29,341 bases of DNA from a virus (lineage: Duplodnaviria; Caudoviricetes). Location of the stretch: positions 1 to 29,341 of the IMG/VR virus record IMGVR_UViG_3300000868_000018. One strand, 5' to 3'. This document shows, one piece after another, positions 1 to 7,553 of the stretch; within the stretch, counting starts at the first letter, position 1, and each line of letters opens with the position of its first letter. The notes under the pieces were generated by a model. The model did not search any database. It had not been told where the DNA came from and worked only from the letters and a program-made list of their open reading frames with translations. The position numbers and the translations under genes were made by a program.

Positions 1-276
1 ATGCCAACGACACAAACTCCCTCTCCATCCGACGCGGACGTCCTCGATGCCCTCCGGACCGCTGTCGAGACTGACCAGCACGATCTCGCCAACGGCGGTG
101 TCAGGCCGGCCCAGGTGGCACAGTATCTCCCGATCGAGCCGAAGGCGACTGCTGATCGACTCCGGCAGCTCGTCGAGGCCGGTGCTGTCGTCAAGATCCG
201 CGGGCTCAATCCCGAGACGCGCGTCCCACGCTGGAGCTGGCTGCCCGCCGAGGAGGTGAGCGATGACTGGTCCTGA
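1..276 (+). CDS. Winged-helix HTH protein
   Basis: VRPAQVAQYL...TADRLRQLVEAGAVVK wHTH pattern; overlaps next gene. Confidence 0.65.
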   Translation: MPTTQTPSPSDADVLDALRTAVETDQHDLANGGVRPAQVAQYLPIEPKATADRLRQLVEAGAVVKIRGLNPETRVPRWSWLPAEEVSDDWS

Positions 277-613
277 GCGCGACTCGAAGCGCCGGTATCA
301 TCGCGTCCTGCACACGATCGCCGCGAACTCCTCGCCGAAGCAGCTGCCTGGCGTCACCGCCAACCAGATCATGACCCACATCGGCGGGCAATACGGGGAG
401 TTCGACCGCGAGGGGATCGAGTCGACGCTCCGGGCAGCCAAACAGAACGGTGATGTCGTGACTTGGACGGATACCGAAGGGCGGATCCGCTACACTCTGA
501 CTGTTGAAGACGACCTCCAGCGCGTCGTCGCGCATATGAACGCACACGAGTACGATCCCGCGACGATCGCTGACGTGGCCGAGACGATCCAGGAGGTGCG
601 TGGTGATGAGTGA
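263..613 (+). CDS. Hypothetical protein, possibly winged helix
   Basis: GAGGTG SD upstream; acidic; helix-helix-wing pattern (IESTLRAAKQNGDVVTW...RYTL). Confidence 0.65.
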   Translation: MTGPERDSKRRYHRVLHTIAANSSPKQLPGVTANQIMTHIGGQYGEFDREGIESTLRAAKQNGDVVTWTDTEGRIRYTLTVEDDLQRVVAHMNAHEYDPATIADVAETIQEVRGDE

Positions 614-1190
614 ACAGTCTGCAGGCGGTACTGATCGCTCGCCCCCTGAGGAGATCCTCGACGCAACCACTGGCGGCCGAGGGATCTGGTGCGACGGACA
701 GAAAGACAACGAGAGAACGCTCTTCATCGACAAGCGAGAGCGCGATCCGGGCTTCTGCGGCCAGCCCAACCGCTACTATCAGGTCCAGCCTGACGAAGTC
801 GAAGACTTCCGCGATCTCCCGTACAGCGACGAGACCTTCGATCTCGCTGTCTTCGACCCGCCCCATACGATCCGCGAGAACGGCATGGCTGACCTGAAGG
901 GCCACGTTACAAAGAAGTACGGCGCGCTTCACGCCGAGACGTGGCAGGATGACCTTCGCCGGGGCTTCCTCGAGCTCTTCAGAGTACTTCGACCCGGCGG
1001 GACGCTCGTCTTCAAGTTCGCCGACGAGGCCGCGGACTTCGAGGATGTTCTCGAACTGGCACCGGAGCCGCCCATGTTCGGGACGCGGACGAAGCAGTCG
1101 AAACAGGTCGAAACGCGCTGGTTCGTGTTCCACAAGCCTCGCTCAGTACACACGGCCACTGACCACTCGGGAGGCGATCGCGATGAGTGA
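606..1190 (+). CDS. Small phage-type SAM-dependent methyltransferase (DPPH motif, probable amino-MTase)
   Basis: ILDATTGGRG motif I, FDLAVFDPPH motif IV, RVLRPGGTLVFK. Confidence 0.85.
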   Translation: MSEQSAGGTDRSPPEEILDATTGGRGIWCDGQKDNERTLFIDKRERDPGFCGQPNRYYQVQPDEVEDFRDLPYSDETFDLAVFDPPHTIRENGMADLKGHVTKKYGALHAETWQDDLRRGFLELFRVLRPGGTLVFKFADEAADFEDVLELAPEPPMFGTRTKQSKQVETRWFVFHKPRSVHTATDHSGGDRDE

Positions 1191-1341
1191 CGACGAACTC
1201 CCTGACCGCTGTGAGTACTGTGGCTGGCGAGCGATGGCGGGCCCGGATGGCTGGCGTCGCACGCCACACGGCCGCCCGTACTGCCCGGACTGCAAAGCGA
1301 TCCCCCACGACTACCAGCGCTCAAGCGGGTGGTCGCGATGA
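1183..1341 (+). CDS. Zinc-finger microprotein (52 aa)
   Basis: CEYCG...CPDC; GGAGG SD; overlaps both neighbours. Confidence 0.7.
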   Translation: MSDDELPDRCEYCGWRAMAGPDGWRRTPHGRPYCPDCKAIPHDYQRSSGWSR

Positions 1342-1508
1342 GCCCGACCTGCGATGACTGCGGCGACGAACTCGTCGACCCACGCGATAAGAACGCAGCG
1401 GGCTGGTGGCGCGATCGCTGCTTACCGTGCATCGCCGAGGACGCGACGGTGGCCGATGAACGGACAACAGCCGCAGAGATCCTGGAGGGATCAGATCTCG
1501 ATGACTGA
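1338..1508 (+). CDS. Zinc-finger microprotein (56 aa, not in ORF track)
   Basis: MSPTCDDCGDELVDPRDKNAAGWWRDRCLPC...; ATGA overlap with previous stop. Confidence 0.7.
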   Translation: MSPTCDDCGDELVDPRDKNAAGWWRDRCLPCIAEDATVADERTTAAEILEGSDLDD

Positions 1509-1638
1509 TCATACCGTCGACCCACGAACCGCCGAGCCGCCCTGTCCGAACTGCGGCACAGATCTCTATGTCCAGGCCGACCGCGGGGCCTATGACTGGC
1601 AGTGTGGTCTTTGTCAGCGGAGGTGGCGCAGTGACTAA
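1501..1638 (+). CDS. CPxCG zinc-finger microprotein (45 aa)
   Basis: CPNCG...CGLC; overlaps both neighbours. Confidence 0.7.
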   Translation: MTDHTVDPRTAEPPCPNCGTDLYVQADRGAYDWQCGLCQRRWRSD

Positions 1639-1870
1639 CGGCGTGACCGTCCCCGCGGACCTCCGCGAAGCGCCCCCGTCAGTCAAACTCGTCTGGCTGC
1701 AACTCGCCCAGGCCGACGGCCCCCTCTCTCAGGACGACCTCGTCGAGCGCTGCCAGACCAGCAAACGCACCGTCCGCTCGGCGCTGTACGAGCTCGAGCT
1801 CACCGACCACGTCGCCCACCGCCCGGATCCCGCCGACGCGCGCCGCCGCGAGTACTACTTAGCTGAGTAG
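1631..1870 (+). CDS. MarR-like winged-helix regulator
   Basis: PPSVKLVWLQL...LSQDDLVERCQTSKRTVRSAL...DPADARRREY; GTG start after GAGGTGG. Confidence 0.8.
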   Translation: MTNGVTVPADLREAPPSVKLVWLQLAQADGPLSQDDLVERCQTSKRTVRSALYELELTDHVAHRPDPADARRREYYLAE

Positions 1871-1936
1871 TGACCGTATGTGTCACTACCGCCTGCCATT
1901 ACATCCCCAGAGCGACTAGTATGTGACAAGTACCGC
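1867..1936. promoter_or_regulatory. Inverted repeat GTAGTGAC-N7-GTCACTAC plus imperfect direct repeat GTATGTG..TACCGC
   Basis: Perfect 8-bp IR at 1867-1889; repeats at 1876-1892 and 1919-1936 in an intergenic gap. Confidence 0.45.
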
Positions 1937-2004
1937 GTCGACAGCCACTCACTCACGCGTCGAGGTCACTGATGACGCGCGTGACTCGGTCTATAGCCTC
2001 ACGT

Positions 2005-2502
2005 ATGTCCAGTGATCCCCACAACGTCGCCCGTGACCTGACCGATCTGTACGACATCGTCATCCACCAGAATCCCGAGGCCTGTTCCGTTTGCCACGAG
2101 CAAATCCGTGACCGGACTGAGCACGACGCCGAGCAGACTCACGACGGCCTCGGTACCGGCAACCACCCGACCGAGACCCTCATCCGGGCCGGTGCGGGGG
2201 TGCTTGGCCACGACGTCGAAGACAAAGACGCCTACGGCGCGATCCGCGACTATCACACCCGAACCTACTGCGGGAAGTGTGGCCGCCCATCCGGATCGGG
2301 CCAAGAGGAAACACCGAGCAAACGGCAGATGCTCGCCCGCATCCCCGCACTTATCGACCGGCTCGAAGAGCACGGCCTGGCTGTCGATACAGATACACTC
2401 CGTCGGGTCATCCATCACACCCGATCGAAACCAGAGTACCACCGCCGCACGGACGACATCTGGCGCGTCGCGACCGCGCTGGCCGTCCGCGATGCCTACT
2501 AA
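2005..2502 (+). CDS. Hypothetical protein with two CxxC motifs
   Basis: CSVC...CGKC; ATG at 2005. Confidence 0.7.
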   Translation: MSSDPHNVARDLTDLYDIVIHQNPEACSVCHEQIRDRTEHDAEQTHDGLGTGNHPTETLIRAGAGVLGHDVEDKDAYGAIRDYHTRTYCGKCGRPSGSGQEETPSKRQMLARIPALIDRLEEHGLAVDTDTLRRVIHHTRSKPEYHRRTDDIWRVATALAVRDAY

Positions 2503-2504
2503 CC

Positions 2505-2684
2505 ATGTGTCTCCCCATCACCGACCAGCCCGCAATCGGCGAGACGGTCACCGTCGCAACCCAGCTGGGCCACATCAAGGGCGAGGTGACGGCCGTTCGG
2601 ACGATCGCCGATGTCTCTGGGCCCCGCGTCGAGCTGACGATCGACGATCGGATCCGCGCCTACGGCACCGCACTCGTCGACTAA
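2505..2684 (+). CDS. Small beta-rich hypothetical protein (59 aa)
   Basis: ATG 2 nt after previous stop; IGETVTV...GEVTAV pattern. Confidence 0.6.
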   Translation: MCLPITDQPAIGETVTVATQLGHIKGEVTAVRTIADVSGPRVELTIDDRIRAYGTALVD

Positions 2685-2707
2685 CCCCTCGTGAGCCCCT
2701 CACACGT

Positions 2708-2905
2708 ATGACAGAGATGCCACCTCAGGACGCCGAACTCCGGCTGACCGTCGCCGAACTCGATGCGATCCTCGACGACGTCCACCCGGACGGCCGCGCC
2801 CCGACAGAAACACCGCTGGAGGCCGGCTACCACATCGGCCAGGTTGATGCGACGCGACAGATGCACCGCGCGATCATCGACGACGCCGATGTGATCATCG
2901 AATGA
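2708..2905 (+). CDS. Small acidic hypothetical protein (65 aa)
   Basis: MTEMPPQDAEL...; ATGA overlap with next gene. Confidence 0.6.
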   Translation: MTEMPPQDAELRLTVAELDAILDDVHPDGRAPTETPLEAGYHIGQVDATRQMHRAIIDDADVIIE

Positions 2906-4332
2906 CAGGCACACTCTCCGAGCGCGAACAGGCCGTTATCGACGCGCTCCCGGCGGGATCGATGCGCGAGCTGGCCGACGCGGTCGACATCGCACTGTCG
3001 ACGGCGCACGCCCGCAAGGAACGAATCAACGATCTCGACGGTCACAGCGTCGAGAAGGCCAACGGCGAGTGGGTCTACGACGGGCCCGCGGACGACCAAG
3101 CCACTGACACTGCCGCCAACCCGTCGCCGGACAACCTCTCCGAGCGCGAAGAGTATATCGTCCGCCAACTGCAGACTGGTGTTGCTCCTGACGACCTCGT
3201 CGACGAGCTCCAAGAGCCACGACACGTCGTCGAATCACGGATCGACACGCTCGCCGAAAAGGGCTGGTCGATCTACCACGATGCTGACGCGGACCTGTTC
3301 GAGCTCGACGGAGATCATGTGCTACGGTCATCCGAGCACAAGGGCACGCGCACGAGAAAGGCAAACCGGTGGTGGGAAGTCCGCCACTCGGCACTTGAGC
3401 GGCAGTGGAAGAAACTCGACACACCGACAGTGTCCCTGTCGGCTGCGGCTGGAAACGAGGATTGGGTAACGCATCTGACGGATCTCCATGCCGGCGATCT
3501 CGTCCGTGGGTACGACGATAGCATCGTCCACGAGACTGAGGATCTCCCACCGATCATCGATCACATCACCGAGCGGTCGCTGGCCCTGTCACAGAAACAC
3601 GGGAGCACGTACGACACGGCCTATTTGCTCTGGGGTGGCGACTTCGTCACCAATGAAGGGATCTACGAGGGCCAGCACGAAAATCTCGACGCCTGGCTTG
3701 ACGAGCAGATGGATACGTTGCACGACCCACTCCTCCGCCAGATCAAGACCTTCGCCGAGCACTTCGATCAGGTGGTCGTCGTCGGGCAAGCCGGCAACCA
3801 CGGCGACATCCGCGCGAACGGCTCAAGCAAGCAGGCCAACGCCGATCTCCTGTTGTACAAGTCCATCCGCAACACGGTCGGGGCGCTAGCGGAGGCCGGC
3901 GTACTCGACAATGTCGGGTTCAAGATCGGGCGGGCTGGCTCACCGACACCGTTCTGGCTCCGCGACGGCGCAATCCACGGCCAGCTCCGCCACGGCCAGG
4001 ACCGCAAACCGCAGGCGACGACGTCCGCTCGCAAGAAGGAATGGCTCTCGACGGTCATCGACTCGCTGAACTTCGGCCAGGCGGTCGATATGATCTGGAT
4101 GGGGCACTATCACGTCAGTGGCCGTATCCCGTGGAACGGCCCGCCGATCTTCGTGACGGCGTCCCCGCTTCCAGTCGGAGAGTACCCACGTAAGCTCGGC
4201 GAGGTCGATGGGCTCAACGAGCCCGACATCGCCACCTGCCACGGCGTCTCCGACGACGGCGTCACAGGCGTCTACCCAATCGACCCGCGTCACTTCGACC
4301 CTGCCGAGTACGTCAACATAGCTGACCGATGA
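2902..4332 (+). CDS. Calcineurin-like metallophosphoesterase with two N-terminal HTH domains
   Basis: DLH, GGD, GNHG, HG and GHYH motifs; N-terminal LSERE...HTH unit occurs twice. Confidence 0.85.
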   Translation: MTGTLSEREQAVIDALPAGSMRELADAVDIALSTAHARKERINDLDGHSVEKANGEWVYDGPADDQATDTAANPSPDNLSEREEYIVRQLQTGVAPDDLVDELQEPRHVVESRIDTLAEKGWSIYHDADADLFELDGDHVLRSSEHKGTRTRKANRWWEVRHSALERQWKKLDTPTVSLSAAAGNEDWVTHLTDLHAGDLVRGYDDSIVHETEDLPPIIDHITERSLALSQKHGSTYDTAYLLWGGDFVTNEGIYEGQHENLDAWLDEQMDTLHDPLLRQIKTFAEHFDQVVVVGQAGNHGDIRANGSSKQANADLLLYKSIRNTVGALAEAGVLDNVGFKIGRAGSPTPFWLRDGAIHGQLRHGQDRKPQATTSARKKEWLSTVIDSLNFGQAVDMIWMGHYHVSGRIPWNGPPIFVTASPLPVGEYPRKLGEVDGLNEPDIATCHGVSDDGVTGVYPIDPRHFDPAEYVNIADR

Positions 4333-4418
4333 AATCACTCCCGATCGCCGTCCACCACGCGTACGTCCTCGTCGAAGAGATCGACTCGCCGTGGCTGTAC
4401 CGCGCCGTCGTGGACTAA
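4329..4418 (+). CDS. Putative 29-aa microprotein
   Basis: MKSLPIAVHHAYVLVEEIDSPWLYRAVVD; ATGA overlap with phosphoesterase stop. Confidence 0.35.
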   Translation: MKSLPIAVHHAYVLVEEIDSPWLYRAVVD

Positions 4419-4513
4419 CTTACTCCCGATGACCTGCGTGACTGCAGCGAGGGTCTGTTACGGTATCCATCCGACTCCCGTGGCTTCCACCCCCACCTAC
4501 CACTTTCAGTACC

Positions 4514-4636
4514 ATGAGCACCGAAGACGCACTGCCCTACGACGGGCCACTTTCGACATACACCGAGTGGGACGCGTTCCTGTATGGACTCGTTGTCGGC
4601 TACACACGCACGAAACCCCCCATGAATGACCCATGA
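4514..4636 (+). CDS. Putative 40-aa protein or truncated membrane-protein remnant
   Basis: MSTEDALPYDGPLSTYTEWDAFLYGLVVGYTRTKPPMNDP; ATGA overlap with next gene. Confidence 0.45.
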   Translation: MSTEDALPYDGPLSTYTEWDAFLYGLVVGYTRTKPPMNDP

Positions 4637-4959
4637 GTACGACACAGCCACGTCGACGCCCGTGGTACACGAGCGACCGTCTCGTCGAGGACTGGCTCGT
4701 GGTCGAGGGCGAGGGCGGTGACCTCAAGATGCTCAAATCGCTGAAGATCCTGCGGTCGATCATCGTCAACCTCGGGATCATCACGATCGCCTCGCTCGCG
4801 CTGTACTACGGCGGCGACCCACATCTGTTCGGCACGCTCGGGCTGCTGACGCTCGCGGCGTACAACGGCATCGAAGTACTGGACTACGTCAGCTTACTGC
4901 AGGCGATCGCCGAAGCACAGGACCAGGCACAGTACTCCGAGGGTGATGACAGTGACTGA
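4633..4959 (+). CDS. Small 2-TM membrane protein
   Basis: Hydrophobic segments IIVNLGIITIASLALYYG and LFGTLGLLTLAAY. Confidence 0.75.
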   Translation: MSTTQPRRRPWYTSDRLVEDWLVVEGEGGDLKMLKSLKILRSIIVNLGIITIASLALYYGGDPHLFGTLGLLTLAAYNGIEVLDYVSLLQAIAEAQDQAQYSEGDDSD

Positions 4960-5191
4960 GGATGACGACGGAGACACGACCTCGACGGCGCTGCGCTGGC
5001 GCTACACCAACGACGTCCTGGCTGGCATCCTGATCGGGACGCTCTGTCTCGCCGTGCTGTACGATCTCCACGTCGGCGCGTCGCTCTCTGACCGCATCTG
5101 GATGGCACTCTCGATCGACGCTGGCCTGGCCTCCGTCTGGGCCTTCGGCGACGAGACTGTCACCGCACTCAAGAAGATTCGCGGGGGATAA
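4952..5191 (+). CDS. Small 2-TM membrane protein, holin-like architecture (start uncertain, 4943-4952)
   Basis: Two hydrophobic segments and basic C-terminus ALKKIRGG. Confidence 0.7.
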   Translation: MTEDDDGDTTSTALRWRYTNDVLAGILIGTLCLAVLYDLHVGASLSDRIWMALSIDAGLASVWAFGDETVTALKKIRGG

Positions 5192-5194
5192 CGG

Positions 5195-5524
5195 ATGGGA
5201 CTCAGTCGTGATGACTACGTCTGGCCCGATCCGCCCGCGTGGATCCCGACCCCGCTTCGGCGGGTGGTGTCCGATCTCACGTATGATGAGGCCCACGGGA
5301 TGTTGATGGGGCTCAGCGGGTTGCTTGCCGGGGCCGGCTTCGCCGCCGGCGGGATCGTTGCACTTGTCGCTGCGTTCGGGACGGCGCTGCTACTCTCGGT
5401 CGCTGTCACCGACGTCCCGGTCGGTGAGACGTTCGTGGCTTCGGTCCTGCAGCGTAACGCCTGGTACTGGCTTGTCCCCTATACACTGACGGCGCTGTTT
5501 GGCGCTGCGTTGGTGGGACTATGA
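5195..5524 (+). CDS. Small 3-TM membrane protein
   Basis: Long Gly/Ala/Leu hydrophobic stretches. Confidence 0.75.
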   Translation: MGLSRDDYVWPDPPAWIPTPLRRVVSDLTYDEAHGMLMGLSGLLAGAGFAAGGIVALVAAFGTALLLSVAVTDVPVGETFVASVLQRNAWYWLVPYTLTALFGAALVGL

Positions 5525-5724
5525 GACACGACTACGACCTGCCTGCCGAGTGGCAGTCGATGACCGACCAAGAGCGCCACGAGTGGCTCCTTGAGGAGCG
5601 CTGCCGGCGACAGGCCCTGCAACAGGAGACACCGACGGCCAGCCAACTCCGCGCGGCTCGCGAGCGCTACGAGCGCCGGGCCGCAGCGCGGGCTGGTCGC
5701 GTCGACGTGGAGGGTCATCGATGA
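5521..5724 (+). CDS. Hypothetical helical protein
   Basis: ATGA overlaps at both ends. Confidence 0.65.
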   Translation: MRHDYDLPAEWQSMTDQERHEWLLEERCRRQALQQETPTASQLRAARERYERRAAARAGRVDVEGHR

Positions 5725-6209
5725 CTGACGAGATCTGTGGCGCCGACACGACCGGCGACCAGCCGTGCCAGAACCCTGCGGGTGAGAACGGTCGCTGCTG
5801 GATCCCAAGCCACAACCCCGACAGCGACGAGGAGAACCCACAAGGCCGAGGCTTCTCGATCGACGAGTCCGACCACGACGACATCCTCGAGGCAGCTCGC
5901 GATGGCGTCTCGAAGTCCGGCTGTGCCCGTGCTGCTGGCGTTTCACATACCGAACTCAATCGCTATCTCGACGCCCATCCAGATTTCCGTTCAGCCTTCG
6001 CACGCGCGCGGAACACTGGCGAGCGGACACTCATCGAGGGCGGGCTTCGCGATCCCGACGTCGACTCCTCGATGGCGAAGTTCCTGTTGGCGTCGAGCTT
6101 CGACTACAAGAAAACTGAGCAGCGCGAGGTGACTGGTCAGGGTGGTGGGCCGGTCGAGATCGAGCTCAACGAGACCGTCGTCGAGACTCCACACTCGACG
6201 GAGGACTAA
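5721..6209 (+). CDS. terS: Putative terminase small subunit
   Basis: Directly upstream of TerL; N-terminal C-C-C-H motif, HTH (SKSGCARAAGVSHTELNRY), C-terminal EVTGQGGGPVEI. Confidence 0.75.
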   Translation: MTDEICGADTTGDQPCQNPAGENGRCWIPSHNPDSDEENPQGRGFSIDESDHDDILEAARDGVSKSGCARAAGVSHTELNRYLDAHPDFRSAFARARNTGERTLIEGGLRDPDVDSSMAKFLLASSFDYKKTEQREVTGQGGGPVEIELNETVVETPHSTED

Positions 6210-6212
6210 CGT

Positions 6213-7553
6213 ATGAGCACCGACACGATCTCGGTCGACTGGCAGTGGACGGACTACCAGGCCCAGGTCCGCGATACTCTTGAGGCCGGCGAGCACGACC
6301 TCGTCGTCTTCCGGACGGGCTACGGTGGTGGCAAGTCCATCACAGGGGCCCAGTGGATCCACCGCGGCGCCCTTCAGCTCGATCACGGCGAGAGTCTGGT
6401 CATGGCACAGGACTTCCAGAAGGGGCGCGGGACTACGTTCAAAGTCTACTGGGAGACGCTCCCCGGCGAGAACACCGTCCCCGACGACGCCGAGGGCGAC
6501 CCGGAGAACTCACCGATCATCGCTGGCTACAACGCCAACGAGAACCGCGTCACGTACATCACCGGCCACAAGGTCCGTCTGGGGAGCGCGGACAAGTGGA
6601 ACCGCTACGCTGGCGGTGAGTTCCACCGGATCTGGTGTGACGAGGTCGCGCACTACGACAACACCGATCTCTACAAGCTCCACGAGATGCTCGTCACCCG
6701 GCAGCGAACTGCGGCGGGTCCGAACACGACGCTCTGGACGTCGACGGGCAACGGCTACAACCAGTTCTACGACGTCACCGAGCGCCAGGTCACCAAAGAC
6801 GACGAGCCGCTGCCGTGGGCGGACAGCATGAAAGTCATCGTCGCCTCAACCGAGCACAACACACTCCTCCCAGAGGACGGGCTCGAGAAGATCAAAAACC
6901 AGTTCCAGGGCACCGCTCGCGAAGAGCAAGGGCTCCACGGTGGCTTCGCCGCTGCGGAGGGCTTAGTCTACGACGACTTCTCGCGACAGACGCACGTCGT
7001 CGAGGCCGACGCGATCACCGACCGACTCGTCGAAGACCACGCCATCTACGGCTACGACGCTGGTTGGAATGACCCACGCGTCCTCCTGGATATCCGTCGG
7101 ACACACGCCGACCAGTACGTCGTCTGGGGCCACTTCTACGAGTCCGAGTCTCAGCTGGCAGAGGTGGTCGACCCCGACGACGTCCTCGAGGAGCGTCAGG
7201 CGTGGGTTGCAGGCCGCCCGAAGGGCCGTGTCTACGCCGAGCACGAACCGGCACACATCCAGCAGTTCCGCAAGGCTGGCTGGCCGGCGGTCAAAGCTGA
7301 GAAGAGTCTTGATGGCGGGATCGACCACGTCCGATCGCGACTCGCGACCGACGGCGAAGGACGTCCTGGCTTACTTGTCACCGATCGCTGCACCGATCTG
7401 ATCCAGGAGTTCCTCTCGTACAAAGAGGAGCACGTCGGCAAAGCTGCGGCGACTGACCACGCGCTGGACGCGCTGCGGTACGCGCTGTTCACGCACACGC
7501 CGGTCGACCTCGACAGTGACGACAGCGACAGTTCAGGAGTGAGTTATCTATGA
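6213..7553 (+). CDS. terL: Terminase large subunit
   Basis: Walker A GYGGGKS, Walker B IWCDE, nuclease motifs GYDAGWNDP and DHALDALRY. Confidence 0.95.
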   Translation: MSTDTISVDWQWTDYQAQVRDTLEAGEHDLVVFRTGYGGGKSITGAQWIHRGALQLDHGESLVMAQDFQKGRGTTFKVYWETLPGENTVPDDAEGDPENSPIIAGYNANENRVTYITGHKVRLGSADKWNRYAGGEFHRIWCDEVAHYDNTDLYKLHEMLVTRQRTAAGPNTTLWTSTGNGYNQFYDVTERQVTKDDEPLPWADSMKVIVASTEHNTLLPEDGLEKIKNQFQGTAREEQGLHGGFAAAEGLVYDDFSRQTHVVEADAITDRLVEDHAIYGYDAGWNDPRVLLDIRRTHADQYVVWGHFYESESQLAEVVDPDDVLEERQAWVAGRPKGRVYAEHEPAHIQQFRKAGWPAVKAEKSLDGGIDHVRSRLATDGEGRPGLLVTDRCTDLIQEFLSYKEEHVGKAAATDHALDALRYALFTHTPVDLDSDDSDSSGVSYL

